Made by a program: the position numbers and the translations under genes
The notes under the pieces: generated by a model
What the model was told of the DNA's origin: nothing
Seen by the model: the letters and a program-made list of their open reading frames with translations, nothing else
Database searches by the model: none
Assembly (NCBI RefSeq): GCF_009914755.1
Contig: NC_060925.1
Reading direction: 5' to 3' (one strand)
DNA from: the human T2T-CHM13v2.0 reference genome, Homo sapiens
Length of the DNA: 64,000 nucleotides
Shown: piece after piece, positions 39,752-55,600 of the stretch
How positions within the stretch are numbered: the stretch's first letter is position 1
Layout of the letters: each line of letters begins with the position of its first letter

Positions 39752-41442
39752 TTTTTTTTTTTTTTTTTTTTAAGAGACGTGGTCTCACTCTGTCACTCAG
39801 GCTGAAGTGCAGTGATGGAATCATCACTCATTGCAACCTCAAAACTCCTGGGCTTAAGCTATCCTCTTGCTTCAGCCTCCCAAGTAGTTAGGACTACAGG
39901 TGTGCACCACCACCCCTAGCTAATTTTTATTTTTTGTTGCAATGGGTGTCTCACAGCGTTGCTGAGGCTTGTCTCAGACTCCTAGCCTCAAGCAGTTCTT
40001 CCACGTCGGCCTCTCAAGTGCTGAGATTATAAGTGTGAGCCACTGCATTCAGCTTTTTTATAGATTTTTGCTATATCTGAGGTTTGAAGGATATTTGTAA
40101 ATTTAACCATGAAGGAAGGTATCTTTTTTCAAAAAAAAAGTTTGAACTCAGTCCTGTATATTAGCAACAGACAGATTTGTGGAGACATTAATTATATCTG
40201 AGAGTATTTTACCTTGTTTCCTTCTTTGTAGGAAAGGGAATGTTTTTGCATTTTCATGTGTAGTGATGATTAATGATTGAGAAACATTATCCTATTAGGA
40301 AGAATGATGAGATATATACATGGGCACTGTATGTCAGGACCTTGAGGCATGCATATGGGGTTACAAATGGGATATTAAAATACAGGGTGACCAGCTCAGC
40401 TCTGTCCTTTGTGTGATATTATCACTGTTCAAGGCTTGGCCAGTAATTAGTAAACAACGTATGTGCCTCTGGCATATTTTTCCAGGTTTTAAAAATTTTT
40501 CATTGGCTTGGCAACTGGAGAGTTCATGTAATTTGTCTTCTCTGTATCTTAGGCTTACATTCAGAAATACATGAGGTTCCCCTTCCACAATGAAAGTAGC
40601 TTTTTTAAAATGGTAAATGACTTCAAATAATACATAAATATACTGACAAAGTAAAGGTGACTTAGACTTCCACTATCCTGTAACTGCAATTAATCTTTTG
40701 GGAACTGTTCTCTTAATGTGTCTGTTAATATGTATGTACTCTCTCTCTCTCAAATAATTTTGTATAATTGAGATTGTGTCATATATACAGTTTTGTTTTG
40801 TTTTTTTTGAGATGGAGTCTCGCTCTGTAGTCCATGCTGGAGTGCCGTGGTGCGCAGTCTCGGCTCCCTGCAACCTCTGTCTCCTGGTTTCAAGTGATTC
40901 TCCTGCCTCCGCTTCCCAAGTAGCTATCTGGGATTACAGGTGCCTGCCACCACACCCAGCTAATTTTTGTATTTTTGGTAGAAATGGGGTTTGCTCAGGC
41001 TGGTCTCAAACTCCTAACCTCAGACAATCTGCCTGCCTTAGCCTCCCAAAGTGCTCATTAGGGAGGCTTTCTTTAGCATAGTTTAAACGTGAAGCTGAGA
41101 AGGCCTTATAAAATTCTCCTTAATTTTTTATATCTTTAAAGGTTGGCTGGGCGTGGTGGCTCATGCCTGTAATCCCAGCACTTTGGGAGGCCGAGGTGGG
41201 CAGATCACTTGAGGTCAGGAGTTTGAGACCAGCCTGGCCAACATGGCAAAACCCTGTCTCTACTAAAAATACAAAAATTAGCCGGTCATGGTGGTGCACG
41301 CCTATATTCCTAGCTACTTGGGAGGCTGAGGCACAAGAATCGTTTGATCCCAGGAGGCGGAGGTTGCAGTGAGCCGAGATCACATCACTGCACTACAGCC
41401 TGGGCAACAGAACGAGGTCCTTTCTCAAAAAAAAAAAAAAAA
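39752..41442. mobile_element. Alus in intron 7: 39752-40053 (-), 40790-41055 (-), 41144-41442 (+)
   Basis: Alu consensus with poly-A/T tails. Confidence 0.88.
40403..40721 (-). repeat. Right arm of long inverted repeat (TMEM183A intron 7)
   Basis: See left arm; includes a 43-nt perfect match AGTTCCCAAAAGATTAATTGCAGTTACAGGATAGTGGAAGTCT. Confidence 0.95.
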
Positions 41443-41578
41443 GGTGTTTGTTTTATAATTTAGAGATTAATCTTGTGGCCTAGCCAGTATAAATTAGTCT
41501 GGACTATTTCATTTCAGAGTGAGCTCTTGGAAACCAAGGTTGTGTAAGTTGGATACTGAATTTGCTTTTCCATTTCAG

Positions 41579-41764
41579 TTTACTATCAATGTGAGCACGG
41601 ACATGCGGCATCATCGAGTGAGACTGGTGTTCCAAGATTCCCCTGTCCATGGTGGTCGGAAACTGCGCAGTGAACAGGGTGTGCAAGTCATCCTGGACCC
41701 AGTGCACAGCGTTCGGCTCTTTGACTGGTGGCATCCTCAGTACCCATTCTCCCTGAGAGCGTAG
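41579..41764 (+). CDS. TMEM183A: TMEM183A exon 8 coding part
   Basis: [18 protein letters not shown]...[28 protein letters not shown]; all 8 exons sum to 1131 nt = 376 aa + stop. Confidence 0.95.
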   Translation, partial: FTINVSTDMRHHRVRLVFQDSPVHGGRKLRSEQGVQVILDPVHSVRLFDWWHPQYPFSLRA

Positions 41765-42231
41765 TTACTGCTTCCCATCCCTTGGGGGCAGCCTCGAGTG
41801 TAGTCCATTAGTAATCAGATTCCAGTTTGGACAGGGTGGCTGGATTGTATATCTCGTTAGTAATGTACATGCTCTTCAGGTTCTAGGGCTCCTGTTAGGG
41901 GAGGGAGAAATGTTGAATCAAGAGGGAAAACAACTACTATGATTTATAAACATATTTTAATGTAAAAATTTGCATTTAAAAGGAGTGGCCCTGTTTTCTG
42001 TGTTAAAACCCCATTTGGTGCTATTGAGTTTGTTCTTTATTCTTTTATCCCAGTGAAAATTGTTGATCTTGCTGTAGGGAAAAATTAAACTCTTTGAATC
42101 TCCAAACAAGGAAGTTTCAGCATTCCCTTATGGATCAGAGGAACCTTAGAGGCCTGAAATTGTTGCTTCCAGTTTAGCTGCCCCTCAAATTCAAGTGAAT
42201 ATTTTCCCTTCTCCCTTTACCCTTCTCCAGA

Positions 42232-43554
42232 AATAAAGCAGGTGACAGGGTTTTCAGAATCTTACCATATTGACTTGTGTATCTTTTTTAAAAAATAATT
42301 TGTGATATTTATTGCATACATTTTCTTTTGGCAGTTTTGGATTTTAGGTATTTTTTTGCATGAGGCTGATAATGGTGATGATGACTTTATACCCTTGGTA
42401 CTATACTAGGAACTTTACATAGTATCTCTACTTCTCACAGTCTTGCAAAGTAGGTGATATTATTCCCATTTTATAGTTGAGAAAACGGAATTAGTGACTG
42501 TACCTATAACACCAGTAAATGCAGAGCCAAGATTCTGACCCAGGTCTTTTTGTTGTACCATAAGTTTAAAAGATGAGTCTCATTTTTCTTGTGGTAGATG
42601 GTGGTAAAAAGGAGTAGGCAGAGTGTACATAGATAAAAAAAAGTAAAAGGGTAAGTAAAAAATTGATTGTGGTATATGTTATTCTAATCAGCCAAAAAAG
42701 TTTAGAAGATTGATGAAATGATCTTTTAAATATGTATTTCTGAATAAAATGTAAAACCAAGAAAGTTATTTCAGGAAGGATAGTGACCCTTTCCTTGAAC
42801 TGTTAGAAGGGCATTTATTAGGCTAAAACGTCATTAACAAAATGCATTGCATGTTGAAACCAGCCTCTTGAACCATAAGCACTTAGCGACTTTGCTCTGC
42901 CCTGTACTGTGCTGCTTCTGCTGTCATCCTGTGTGCCTACAGAAGCCTGGTCTTCCGTCCATGCAGAAATGCTTATGTCCTCCTGTTGTTTAGATGACTC
43001 CTATTGTTCAGGTGTACTCTGAGAAGAGAATCACGTTTTTCTGTTTTGCTAAGGAGAAAACCTTGCTGCTTGTCTCTCCTCCCACCCTCCACCATCCAAA
43101 ATTAACCAGTGAGCTGGATATTACCTGGATATTGCCAGGAGGTGGGCATTAAGACAGTATTCTTTAAAAGTGAAAATCTTGTGAGGCAAACTGCTAAATT
43201 CACATTTTTGTTTTTTTTTTTTTACCATCTTCCCTAGGAATATTCCTAGAAAGCATCTGCTTAATTTTGCTGCTAACAGCTAACCTTATCCCACGTTGAG
43301 GGTGGTATTAAAACTGTTCACACAGAGTGAGCCTGGGTCAGTCAAAAACAGAATTTGGGCATTTGAGTGATAACAGACAACCTAAGGACAATGAGCACTT
43401 TGCAGATCTCTACAATTAAAAGTTGCCTCTTTGAGGCAGGAGGGGAGAAGCACAGTCCCTGCCAGGTTGCCTGAACTAAAGATGCCATGGAGCAGGAGTG
43501 TCTTGGTGCATTGTTCCCCGCTTAGGAGTACCTTTAAAAAGGGGGTGAAATAAA
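42232..43554 (+). terminator. TMEM183A: TMEM183A 3'UTR polyadenylation signals (AATAAA at 42232, 42743, 43549)
   Basis: Canonical hexamers; distal one followed by T/GT-rich sequence ~43590. Confidence 0.65.
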
Positions 43555-43889
43555 TTTGGCTTAATAATTGTATTCTGACTCAGCTCTGAGTTTTTTGTGT
43601 CAAATTCCATGGTATGGTGACAGATACAGTACTAGATACTGCCTCAGCTCTCTCTCAGCATAATATTGACAAACATTTGGTAAAATGTGTTACCAGTGGT
43701 TATCTTGGCTTCAGCCTTCCTCTGCATTGGCTGAGTTGCCGTTTCTAGCATGATACATGCTTTATTAGTGACAGGATGTGAAGTGTCTCAGGGATTTCCT
43801 TTTGGTGAGGACCCCAGACCACCCGAAGAAGAATTAGAACTTTCTGGACTACAGGTTATATACTGTGATTTTGCTCTGTCAAGCAACAT

Positions 43890-44270
43890 AAATTGATCCT
43901 TGAACGCTGTGAGAGTTATGGACACAGACCCTCACACAGTTGAAAATCTGCTATGACTTTTGACTGCCCCAAAACTTAATAGCCTACTGTTGACTGGAAG
44001 CCTTATTGATAACATAAACAGTTGATTAATGTGCATTTTGTATATGTAGTATATACCTTATTATAATAAGCTCGAGAAAAGAAAATGTTATTAAGAAAAT
44101 CAAAGAAGAGAAAATACATTTACTGTTCATTAAGTGGGTCATCATGTTGAGCAGGCTGACGAGTAAGAAGAGGAGGGGTAGTCTTGCTGTCTCAGGGGTG
44201 GCGGGGAAGGAAGAAAATCTGCATGCAACTGGCCCTGTGCAGTTGAAGGCCCTGTTGTTCAAGGGTCACA
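43890..44270 (+). mobile_element. Tigger2a/MER28-like DNA transposon
   Basis: TIR-like TTGATCCTTGAAC ... GTTCAAGGGTCA; AATAGCCTACTGTTGACTGGAAGCCTTA core. Confidence 0.75.
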
Positions 44271-45059
44271 GATTTAGCTTCACTTACCCACCCCTCAGAT
44301 CAGAATTACTCAAGATTTCCCTGTCTTCAAAGAGACGCAAGGAAATTATGCCAAATGGTGAATATATTGGGTGGAAGATAAATGAGAGAAGGTTGTATGT
44401 GTCACTGATCTCAACTATAGCATTTGCTGCTGATATAGAACATGCTGTGTATATATCTATAAATACACACACATGAACACATTGCATGTATATAAAAATT
44501 GTTCACACTTTTAGTGGTGCTTACTGGGTATTGGTAAAGGATTGAGTAGGCACTGTGATGAAACTTCACAAAGCAGATGGAAAAGATGCATTAATAGCCA
44601 CAGGGGGCAGGGTAAGGGAGCAATTCAGGAAAATGGAGAGGCTTAGCTAAAATTTGTCAGTCAGGAATTTTGGCATTTGAGACTTGTTTTCATACTATGT
44701 ATATGTAATAGACAAACCCTTCATTTTGTAGTAACAGTGTTAGAACAGCCAGGTGCCTGAAGGCAAGCGACACAATTCACTGAAGAGCATACTACAGATG
44801 TAGTATCCGGATATCAAGTTTCCCCACTTAAAAAATGGGTGCGATCAAAGGAAAAGCAAGGAACGGGCAGGAGAGCAAGCGTGAAAGGTGACAAACTTGA
44901 CAATTACAAGGCCGAGACTAAGGCCAATTTAGGGAACGGGCTGTTAGACTAGGAACAAGGGCGAGTTCAGAGGGAGGGGCAGAATGTGGGCAGCACTCCT
45001 GGGCCCTGAGACCCTTCTGCGGAATAAAACTCTGGCACTTCGCCACCTCCTAGGCTGAA

Positions 45060-45800
45060 CCAAGATGGCGCGCGGCCTCAAAGCGGCGCTCTCGTCACGT
45101 GCCCGGACCCGAGGCGCTTGGGGGCGGGAGGCGTGGCCTCGGTCGCGGCAGCCCAGCCCCGCCTAGGGGGCGGAGCCGGGGGGGGTTGTCCGCGGAGGAA
45201 GGGGGCGGGGCCCCGCGGCCGCGCGCTTGGGCGGCGGAGGCTGCAGCTACCTCGGCGCCGGCTCGGCTCTAGGACGTGTCGGGCTGCACGGGTCGGGGGC
45301 GGCTCCCTGCTGCTTCCGAGCCTAGCCGCCTGGCCTTCGGCATTTGCAGGCAGGTGAGCGCCCAGAGCCTGGACTGGGGTAGGATGCGTCTTTTCCCCAT
45401 CTCCAGCTCCCCTCGACAGTTTGGGGAGGGGTCTCGTCTATCGCACCTCGGGAAACAGCCCTTTTTGACTCCGTATGTGCTACCTCCGGCAGGCGTCGGT
45501 ACTGCTTACCCTGCCGCCCCTCGCCCTCCTTTGCGGTGCCCTGTGCCCTTGGGGGTGAGGATAGGGGCGATGCCTGATCTGCGGGGAGGGCGTGGAGTGC
45601 GCCCTCTGCTCCATCGGCTTCAGGGGAGGGGGCCGAGTTGGCGAGTCTCCCGGTGGGAACGGAGCAGACTGCGCCCCCATTTCCCCTCCAGGAGAGTCAG
45701 AAAAAGCGCCTCTCGGCTCCGGGGCCAACCCCACTCCTTTGGGGACGCGATTCTGATGGGCTGAGGTCTTCGCTCTTCGCGGGGGTCTTAATCTTTCCCG
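45060..45800 (+). promoter_or_regulatory. PPFIA4: PPFIA4 CpG-island promoter
   Basis: CpG-rich; YY1-type CAAGATGGCG 45061-45070, GTCACGTG (E-box/HRE) 45094-45101, GC boxes near 45121, 45166, 45201. Confidence 0.85.
45230..45353 (+). other. PPFIA4: PPFIA4 non-coding exon 1 (start approximate)
   Basis: Strong donor CAG|GTGAGC at 45353/45354 just downstream of the GC boxes. Confidence 0.7.
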
Positions 45801-48800
45801 AGTTGCTCATAGCACCCCTGTTCCTGTCGCTAGCTCTCCATTCCTCGAACTGCCAGCCTCAGTCTGTGCCAGAGATGCCCCCATCTCCGCAGTGCCAGGG
45901 CGGTGGGGTGGAAGGAGCGGCCAACCCGAGGCCTGGTGGGGGTGGGGACAGGGGTGGGCGCAACAGGAAAAGAGGGCTGGAATAGAGATGCCTGAACTGG
46001 GAGGGTGGGAGTGGGGCGCTGACTTACGTCCACGCAGTAGGGATGTTTTCCAGCGCAGATTTTGAGGTTTTGATGGTGGGTGGGAAGAGAGAGGTCGGGC
46101 TGGAGGACTTGGAGACATGGTGTAGGTGGTTTTCTTCGAGAAGGAGGAGGGATCCAGGACAAGGTGCCACTAGGAGCTGATGTCACCTTTGAGGAGAGGT
46201 GTGCTGGTAGTTTCCATCAGAGGAGCAGGAGAGTTGGGGCCGTTCTGTGTGGAGAGCAAGTGGTTAAGGAGGCGCTGCTTCGCAGGGAGATCCCCTCCTG
46301 GTGTGAGCTTAAGGGTCCCCTCCAGGAGCCAGGTTTCAGGGATTTCCCATAGTCCTTTCCAGAGTTCTTGGATCTGGTACCTAGTACTTTGCTCAACATC
46401 CAGCAAACATTTGTTGGACACCTACTATCTGCCAGATACTATGCTCGGTGCTAGGTCTTCTGAAGGCAATTTACAGCCACGGAGTAGCTGAAAGGTACAC
46501 ATAGGAGGCACACATAGCAGGTATTCTGTTAACACCCTTCTCACCGCCCATCCCCATTCTGTTACATTGCTGTTGGATTAGAAAAAGAAAGAACTGTGTC
46601 CACGTGCTTTCAAACAGCTGTCTGAATTAGACTCCAACCTACACACCCCCTACCACTATTAACTGGCCAGGTAGTCCCAGGGAAGCTGCCTAAGCAAAAG
46701 GGCAGCTTGAATGATTTCCCTTGGTTATTTTCTCAGATTTTGTCCTGAGGCTTGAGGAGGCTTCGTGGGGTAAACGGTATCTCAAAGTAAGGAGATAATG
46801 AATGACAAAATGGTTATTGGGGGCCAAGAATGTCCTAGACACTCTGTGTAGTGGGAGACGCCATCTCTGGAAGATGGAATAGTGTGGGGGAGGAGGGTGT
46901 AGAAGGGAATTCGCATCCAGTGGAGTTGGGGTTTGTGCTGCTGAGCATGTCGTGATGTCAGAACCGTGCGGTGCATGAGGTCTGGCTGCTGGGCTGTAAA
47001 GGAGGGCTGGAGGGGCAGGGCATGGCAGGCAGCCAGGCTCCTGGGTCTCATCTCTGAGTTGATTGCTGAAATCTTAGAGTTGGAAAGAGTTGTCAGGGAT
47101 GGCTTATAGGTCCTCACAGAGCCTCTGAGGATGGCAGAGCTAGAGCTAGGCAAGAGAATGAGTAGTCAGGCTGTGGTGGTGATGAGGTGGGGATGAAGGC
47201 TCAGCAGGGCTGGGGAGCTGGGTGTTAAGGGGGTTTTAAGATATGGGCAGCTAGCCGAGGCCTTCGAATGCCAAGGACATTCTTCCCTGGGCTTTAGGCC
47301 CTACTGTGTTGGCTCCATAGGTGAGTTGCTGTAGAAACAAGGTGTGGCAATTGAGTGGTATGGGGTGTGTGTGTGTGTGCACACGCGTGTGTGAGTGTGT
47401 GTGCTTGTGCATGTGTTGGAGAGGAGGAGAGGTGAGGAGCAGGGAGGACTGAGGGAGTGAAAGCTGCCTCAAAGTCTGGGTCCTACGTAGGGAATTGAGA
47501 GAAATGGAGGGGAGGGAGTGGGGTCAGAGGGAGGGACAAGTGTGTATTGCAGCCACATGAAGTCACCATCTGTCCCCCTCTGGCCTGCTAGCTCACGGAC
47601 CTATAATTAGCTCTGGAGGGCATACGGTGCTGGCTCACAGGAGCGTGGGACTTCGGGTGGCCAGCAGAGTGGAGGATTCAGAGGGACCATGGTCCTTGAT
47701 GTACTGTGGAAGGGGCTGCTTCTAGGGGACCCTCTGCATTTGCTGTACTGGGAGGGGCCTGAGGCAACTGAGAATGTCACAGGGACAGGGCTGGTGGGGG
47801 AAACAGCAGTGGGGGAAGGAGCTCTAAGCGAGGATGGCAGGAGACTCCAGGGCTGGTCTGAGCCTGAGACCTCCCCGTTTGTTGCCTGGCTGCTGGCCCA
47901 CTGCACAAGAAGCACGATTGCTGCCCAGCTCATTGCTCTGCCTTCAGAGAGGCTCGGGTGCTGCAACCTCGGGGCCTCCTTGAGGTGTCTCCATCCCCCC
48001 AGGTGAAGTCAGCTGTAGCGTGGAATAGCCATCTGCCTTTCACTTGGTGGCTGAGAGGCCTTGGCTGGGGATGCTTCGTTCTGAGAGAGTTGGAGGAGAA
48101 GCTGCCACCAGTTAATTCCGTTGGTCAAACTCCACGTGGTGCTCAGCACTGACCCCCTGGCTGTGCCAGAGACTGAGTGTTTGGTCACATGCTTCTCTGT
48201 ACTGCTCTCCAGTGATTACATGTGTATCTGTGTTCTCTCAAGTAGCCTGTGAACTTTCTGTCTTACATGTCTTTTGCTTTCATAACAGTATCGGATGCAT
48301 GGAAATCACTCAGTAAGTGATCATTGGATTGAATTGAAGAGGTCTGTCTTCTGATCCCCTGAGTTCCATGAAGCAGGGCCTCCTTGCCACTGGAGATATT
48401 TAACCTGGAGCAGCAAAGCCTCTGGGGACCCAGGACACTGGTGTTACATCCCTTTGGGGGCATTAGATTCTGTGGGCAGTAGATGAAGTGAAAACTTCCC
48501 AGTCTCTCATAAAGCATGGCATATGGGTTTATAACCCTGAACAGTAATATGAATGTATAGATATGGTATATATGTATTCTATATTATGTAAATAGATACT
48601 GTATATACTACTGTAGAGTGATTTTACAAAGAGTGCATACGCACAATATGATTTTGTAGTGAAGTGTCAGATGAAATAGCTGATTTGATTTTAGAGGCCT
48701 TTATTGCTTATTTCGCCCAGCTGTTAAGAGTTGAATTCTCATAAGTTAGATATATACTTGATGTGCCTTCATGGCCACTGTCTTCAGATAGATAACTGTC

Positions 48801-49649
48801 ATTTCAAAGAGAGATGGGTTTTCCATTCAATTTAAGAAAAAGCTTCCTTAGAACGATGAAGCCTTCCTCATTTGATAGTGAGCTGCTTGTTCCTGAAGGA
48901 TAATCAAGTCAAGACTGGGCTGCCAGGGATGTTGTGAAAGGAACTCCCACACAGGGTGGGAAGTGGCCTGTGTGACCTCCGAGAGCCCTTCTGAGTCCAG
49001 GTGTGAGGTGAGGCTGGATGGGAGAGGGCCTCAGCAGCTGCTTCAGAAGATGGCTCTCCTTTGGCCTAGAGGAGCGCTGCTGGGAGTGGAGGCCTGGGGA
49101 GTGGGGCCGGGCCTGGAGCTTTGCATGAGCTGTTCCGTGAGGAGTGGGCATTTTGGGACATGCAGGGGGGTGACCCCAGAAATCTCATGGACATGGAGGC
49201 CTGGGCTTGGGAGATGGTGCAGTGCATCCCTGATGGGTGGGGGTAGGTAGAAAGATGGGATGGCCCCAGTTCCATGACTTCAGCTTAAACTAGGCTAGTT
49301 GTGGAGTGCCCCAAATTTTTGGTCCTACTTTGGGGCAGAGCCCCTGGAGCAAGTGGAGCTTTCATTCTTTCAGTATCACCCCATCCCTCCCTCCTCTCTC
49401 GATTATACCTTCTCACATAGGTTCGAGGCCACACGTGGACTTACGCTGTCTCATGAGCAGCAATACACTTTCATGATCACACACGCATACTTGCACAAGC
49501 TCTCACAGCTCCCATGTGCTCCTGGGAGCATGTATGATGTTATGAATCCCAGATGCTTATGCATGTATGACCACACACATTTACTGTCATGGCTGTGTAC
49601 CCACACATGTGTTCTCATGACCACAATTATATGCAGTCAAGATCCCTGA

Positions 49650-52666
<3,017 letters not shown>

Positions 52667-55600
52667 CCATGTCAGTCCTGTTTTGGAGTTCCCCTTCTTT
52701 GAAGTCAGTCAGGGATGGACTGCCCTGGAACGACTGTCAGCACAGGTCTGTTCAGTTCCATGGGTGTTAGGGCCCTGTGTTAGAGTACTCAGAGATGGGT
52801 CTACAGATGAGATGATGTAAAGTAAGAGAAGCCCCTTGAAGAGAGGTATAACTAGAGGGCAATGCTGGGTCAGCGGAAGGGCAGATCTCACACACTGGAG
52901 GGATCAGAAGAGACTCCATGGAGGAAGTGGTGTTTGAGATGAGCTTAGCAAGGTGATCTAAGCTCATGAGACCAACATGGAAAGGGAGATGAGAGGCAGG
53001 CCAGTGAGGAGCTGGGCAAACAGGAGCTATAGGTGGGTCCTGGGAGCAGACCTCAGTGAGCAGGGCTAGGGAAGGGCTAGGGAGCAGCAGGAGAGGAGGT
53101 AGGGCTGGATTTCTGGAGGAGAGGATGGGTGAGGGCCAGGCTTCTGGGGGTACAAAGCTAGACAGGGAAGAAGGAGAAGCTTCTGGGCAGCCTGAGGCAT
53201 GGGCAGCTGGGCTGCAGGCCCACGTTGGGGAGAATGTCTGAGAGCCCCAAGGACGAGGGCTCCGAAGAGTGTCTGTTTCTGCAGCGCCTATGGGAGTGGG
53301 GGGCAGTGGGGGGAACTCAGGGAAGCTGCCTACAACTTGGTGTGGAGCCAGCTAGGGGCTGGGAGCAGAGATTTGGGTGCGTGGAGGATGGGGCCTTCCA
53401 GTGGGGCCTTTCAGTCACCCATGGCCTCATGACCATGTTGGCTGCTCTGCAGAGGCCTTCCCCAGGCTGGAGGAGGAGGACAGGGAAGGCCAAGGGGAGC
53501 TGTCCTCCGGCTGCCATCACCCTGATGAGGGTGGGGAAGGTTTCTTGGAGAAGACATGAAGTCTGAAGGAGTTGTCTTTACCCTCTCTCTTCTTCCTCCT
53601 TCTACCCCTCTTTGGCATGAGACAGACAAATTGAATCCTGGTTCTTCATTTCACTAGCTGTGTAGACTTGGTTACATGACGTTGCATCTCAGTTCTCACT
53701 TCTGTGAAATGGGAAGAATAATTACATCTTCCTTGCAAATAATTATGAGGATTAAAATAAATTAATCCATACCACTTGGAAGCACAGTGCTGGGCACATG
53801 GTAAATGTGAGTGACTTACAGCAGCTCTGGCGACCATTATTTTTCTGGAAGACCCCCGCCCTCCCCATTTCTTCAGATCCTCCTCTCACCTCCAGCTGGG
53901 TGGGTGTCCGACCCTCCTGTTTTCCCTCGTGGCTGCCACCTGGAGGCTCCCTTTTTGCCCAGCTGAATAGCCCCTCAGACGCTCCTAGTGGCCCTGCCCC
54001 GGGCTGTGGTCTCCGCAGGGGCTGGCAACCTTGCCTTTGTCCAGCTCTCTCCGTGGCCAGGCCTGCCATCTGGTAGGCAGGAGGGAGCCAGGCCTGTGTG
54101 TGGGGCCAGCCAGAGCAACAGACCCAAATGCCCATCCCTCCTGTGTGTTAGGAAAAGGTGGGGGTGACTTTTGGGATGCCAAAGAGGCCCCCAAGTTACC
54201 TCTTTTGTGTTTCTAAAGGCCCAAGGCCTACTTTTTGTCCAATCCCCCACCCCCCACACACGCACACTCACACCCACTCACTCTTGAGCCCTCTTCCTCT
54301 GTTTCACAGCCTGCCCACACTCCTCCCCGGCAAAGCCCCTTGCAAATGCTTGCTTTGGGGACTGGCAGCTTTCGCCTCTGAATCAGGACCTGTGAGTGTT
54401 ACTTAGAAATTGTGCGGGAGTTGAGGAGGCTTCTGTTAGGCTGAGATGATAATTGCGCTATTTAAAGACGGCCCTGGAGCCAGAAGGAGCTGGAAGGAGC
54501 CAGGTGCCCCACGTGGCTGTCCTGGGGCTCCCTTCTGCTCACTGTTTCTGTGTAGCAGCAGAGAGGACAGGGGCAGGAGGTCCTGGACAGTCATCTCAGG
54601 GGCATCTGCCTGGCAGTCCTCTCTGGGCTATCTTCAGACCAGCTTTACATGATGCCATTTGGCCAGGGGAAGTGGAGTTGCTCGCTGGCACCTGGTTTAG
54701 AGAGAGGCCAGGAAAGGGCTAGTGAGAAGAGAAGCAACCAAAGCCAGCTTCTCAGTTGCTAAAATGACCAGGAGGATTTGGGGAGGCCAAGTTGGACCAG
54801 ATAGCCAGTACCTCACAGTGGGCAGCCTGAGGTCCTGTTCTTCCTTCCTGAGAACTTCTCCAGCCCCTTTCCTGTAAGAAGCTTTAAAAACTCCACCCAC
54901 AGGTGGCCAACACTAAGGTAATTCACATTCCCGTGCAATCACAGGGTGCTTTCTACTCTTCATTTGCTGCCCAGCCATGATCTCATCCCTCTAAGGAAGG
55001 CAAAACCAGGGTTGTGGGTTTTGTCTTGTAGCCGAAGCCTCAGTAGGTGATAACAAGCCTGAGATCAGCCAGCTGGTCTGTGGCAGGACTGTACCCCAGT
55101 CTCCTGAGTCCCTGCTCTGGGCTTCTTCCTTTATGCTATGCTACGGGCTGCCTGGGGATCTGCTGGGCTGGGGCCATTCCTGGGATACCTAAGCTCCTTC
55201 CTGGCACACTACAGTCTTCTCCAAAGTTAGCCTCTGCCACAAGGGGCCCCTTCCCTAGCCTAGTCTTCTCTTTTGGCCTCTCGTGGCATCTTGGTGTGTG
55301 TGGAGGGGTGGGGGAAGATGGGGAGGTGGGCCTGGATGTGGATGAGCTTGAGGGGGTAGGCTGGGGCCATATGGCCTTTCAGCCTCAGGGCTGGAGCATT
55401 CAGGGTGGAGGGACCTGGGCATGGTGGGTGGGAGAATTGGAGGAATGGCTGTTATCAGCATCAGGGAGATGGCAGCTCTGGACAGACTGGGGCAGCAGCC
55501 CCTCCTCTCCACTCCCAGCTGCTCTGAGGAGCAGGGAGGTGCGAGTAGGCTGCCCTGGCAGCAGCAGTGTTGGGGAAAGGAGGAGGCAGACCAAGCTTCT

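Noticed and set aside
38381-40588. Two near-identical small ORFs on opposite strands as a duplicated peptide gene
   Set aside because: Non-ATG starts and divergence by frameshift; they simply reflect the inverted DNA repeat
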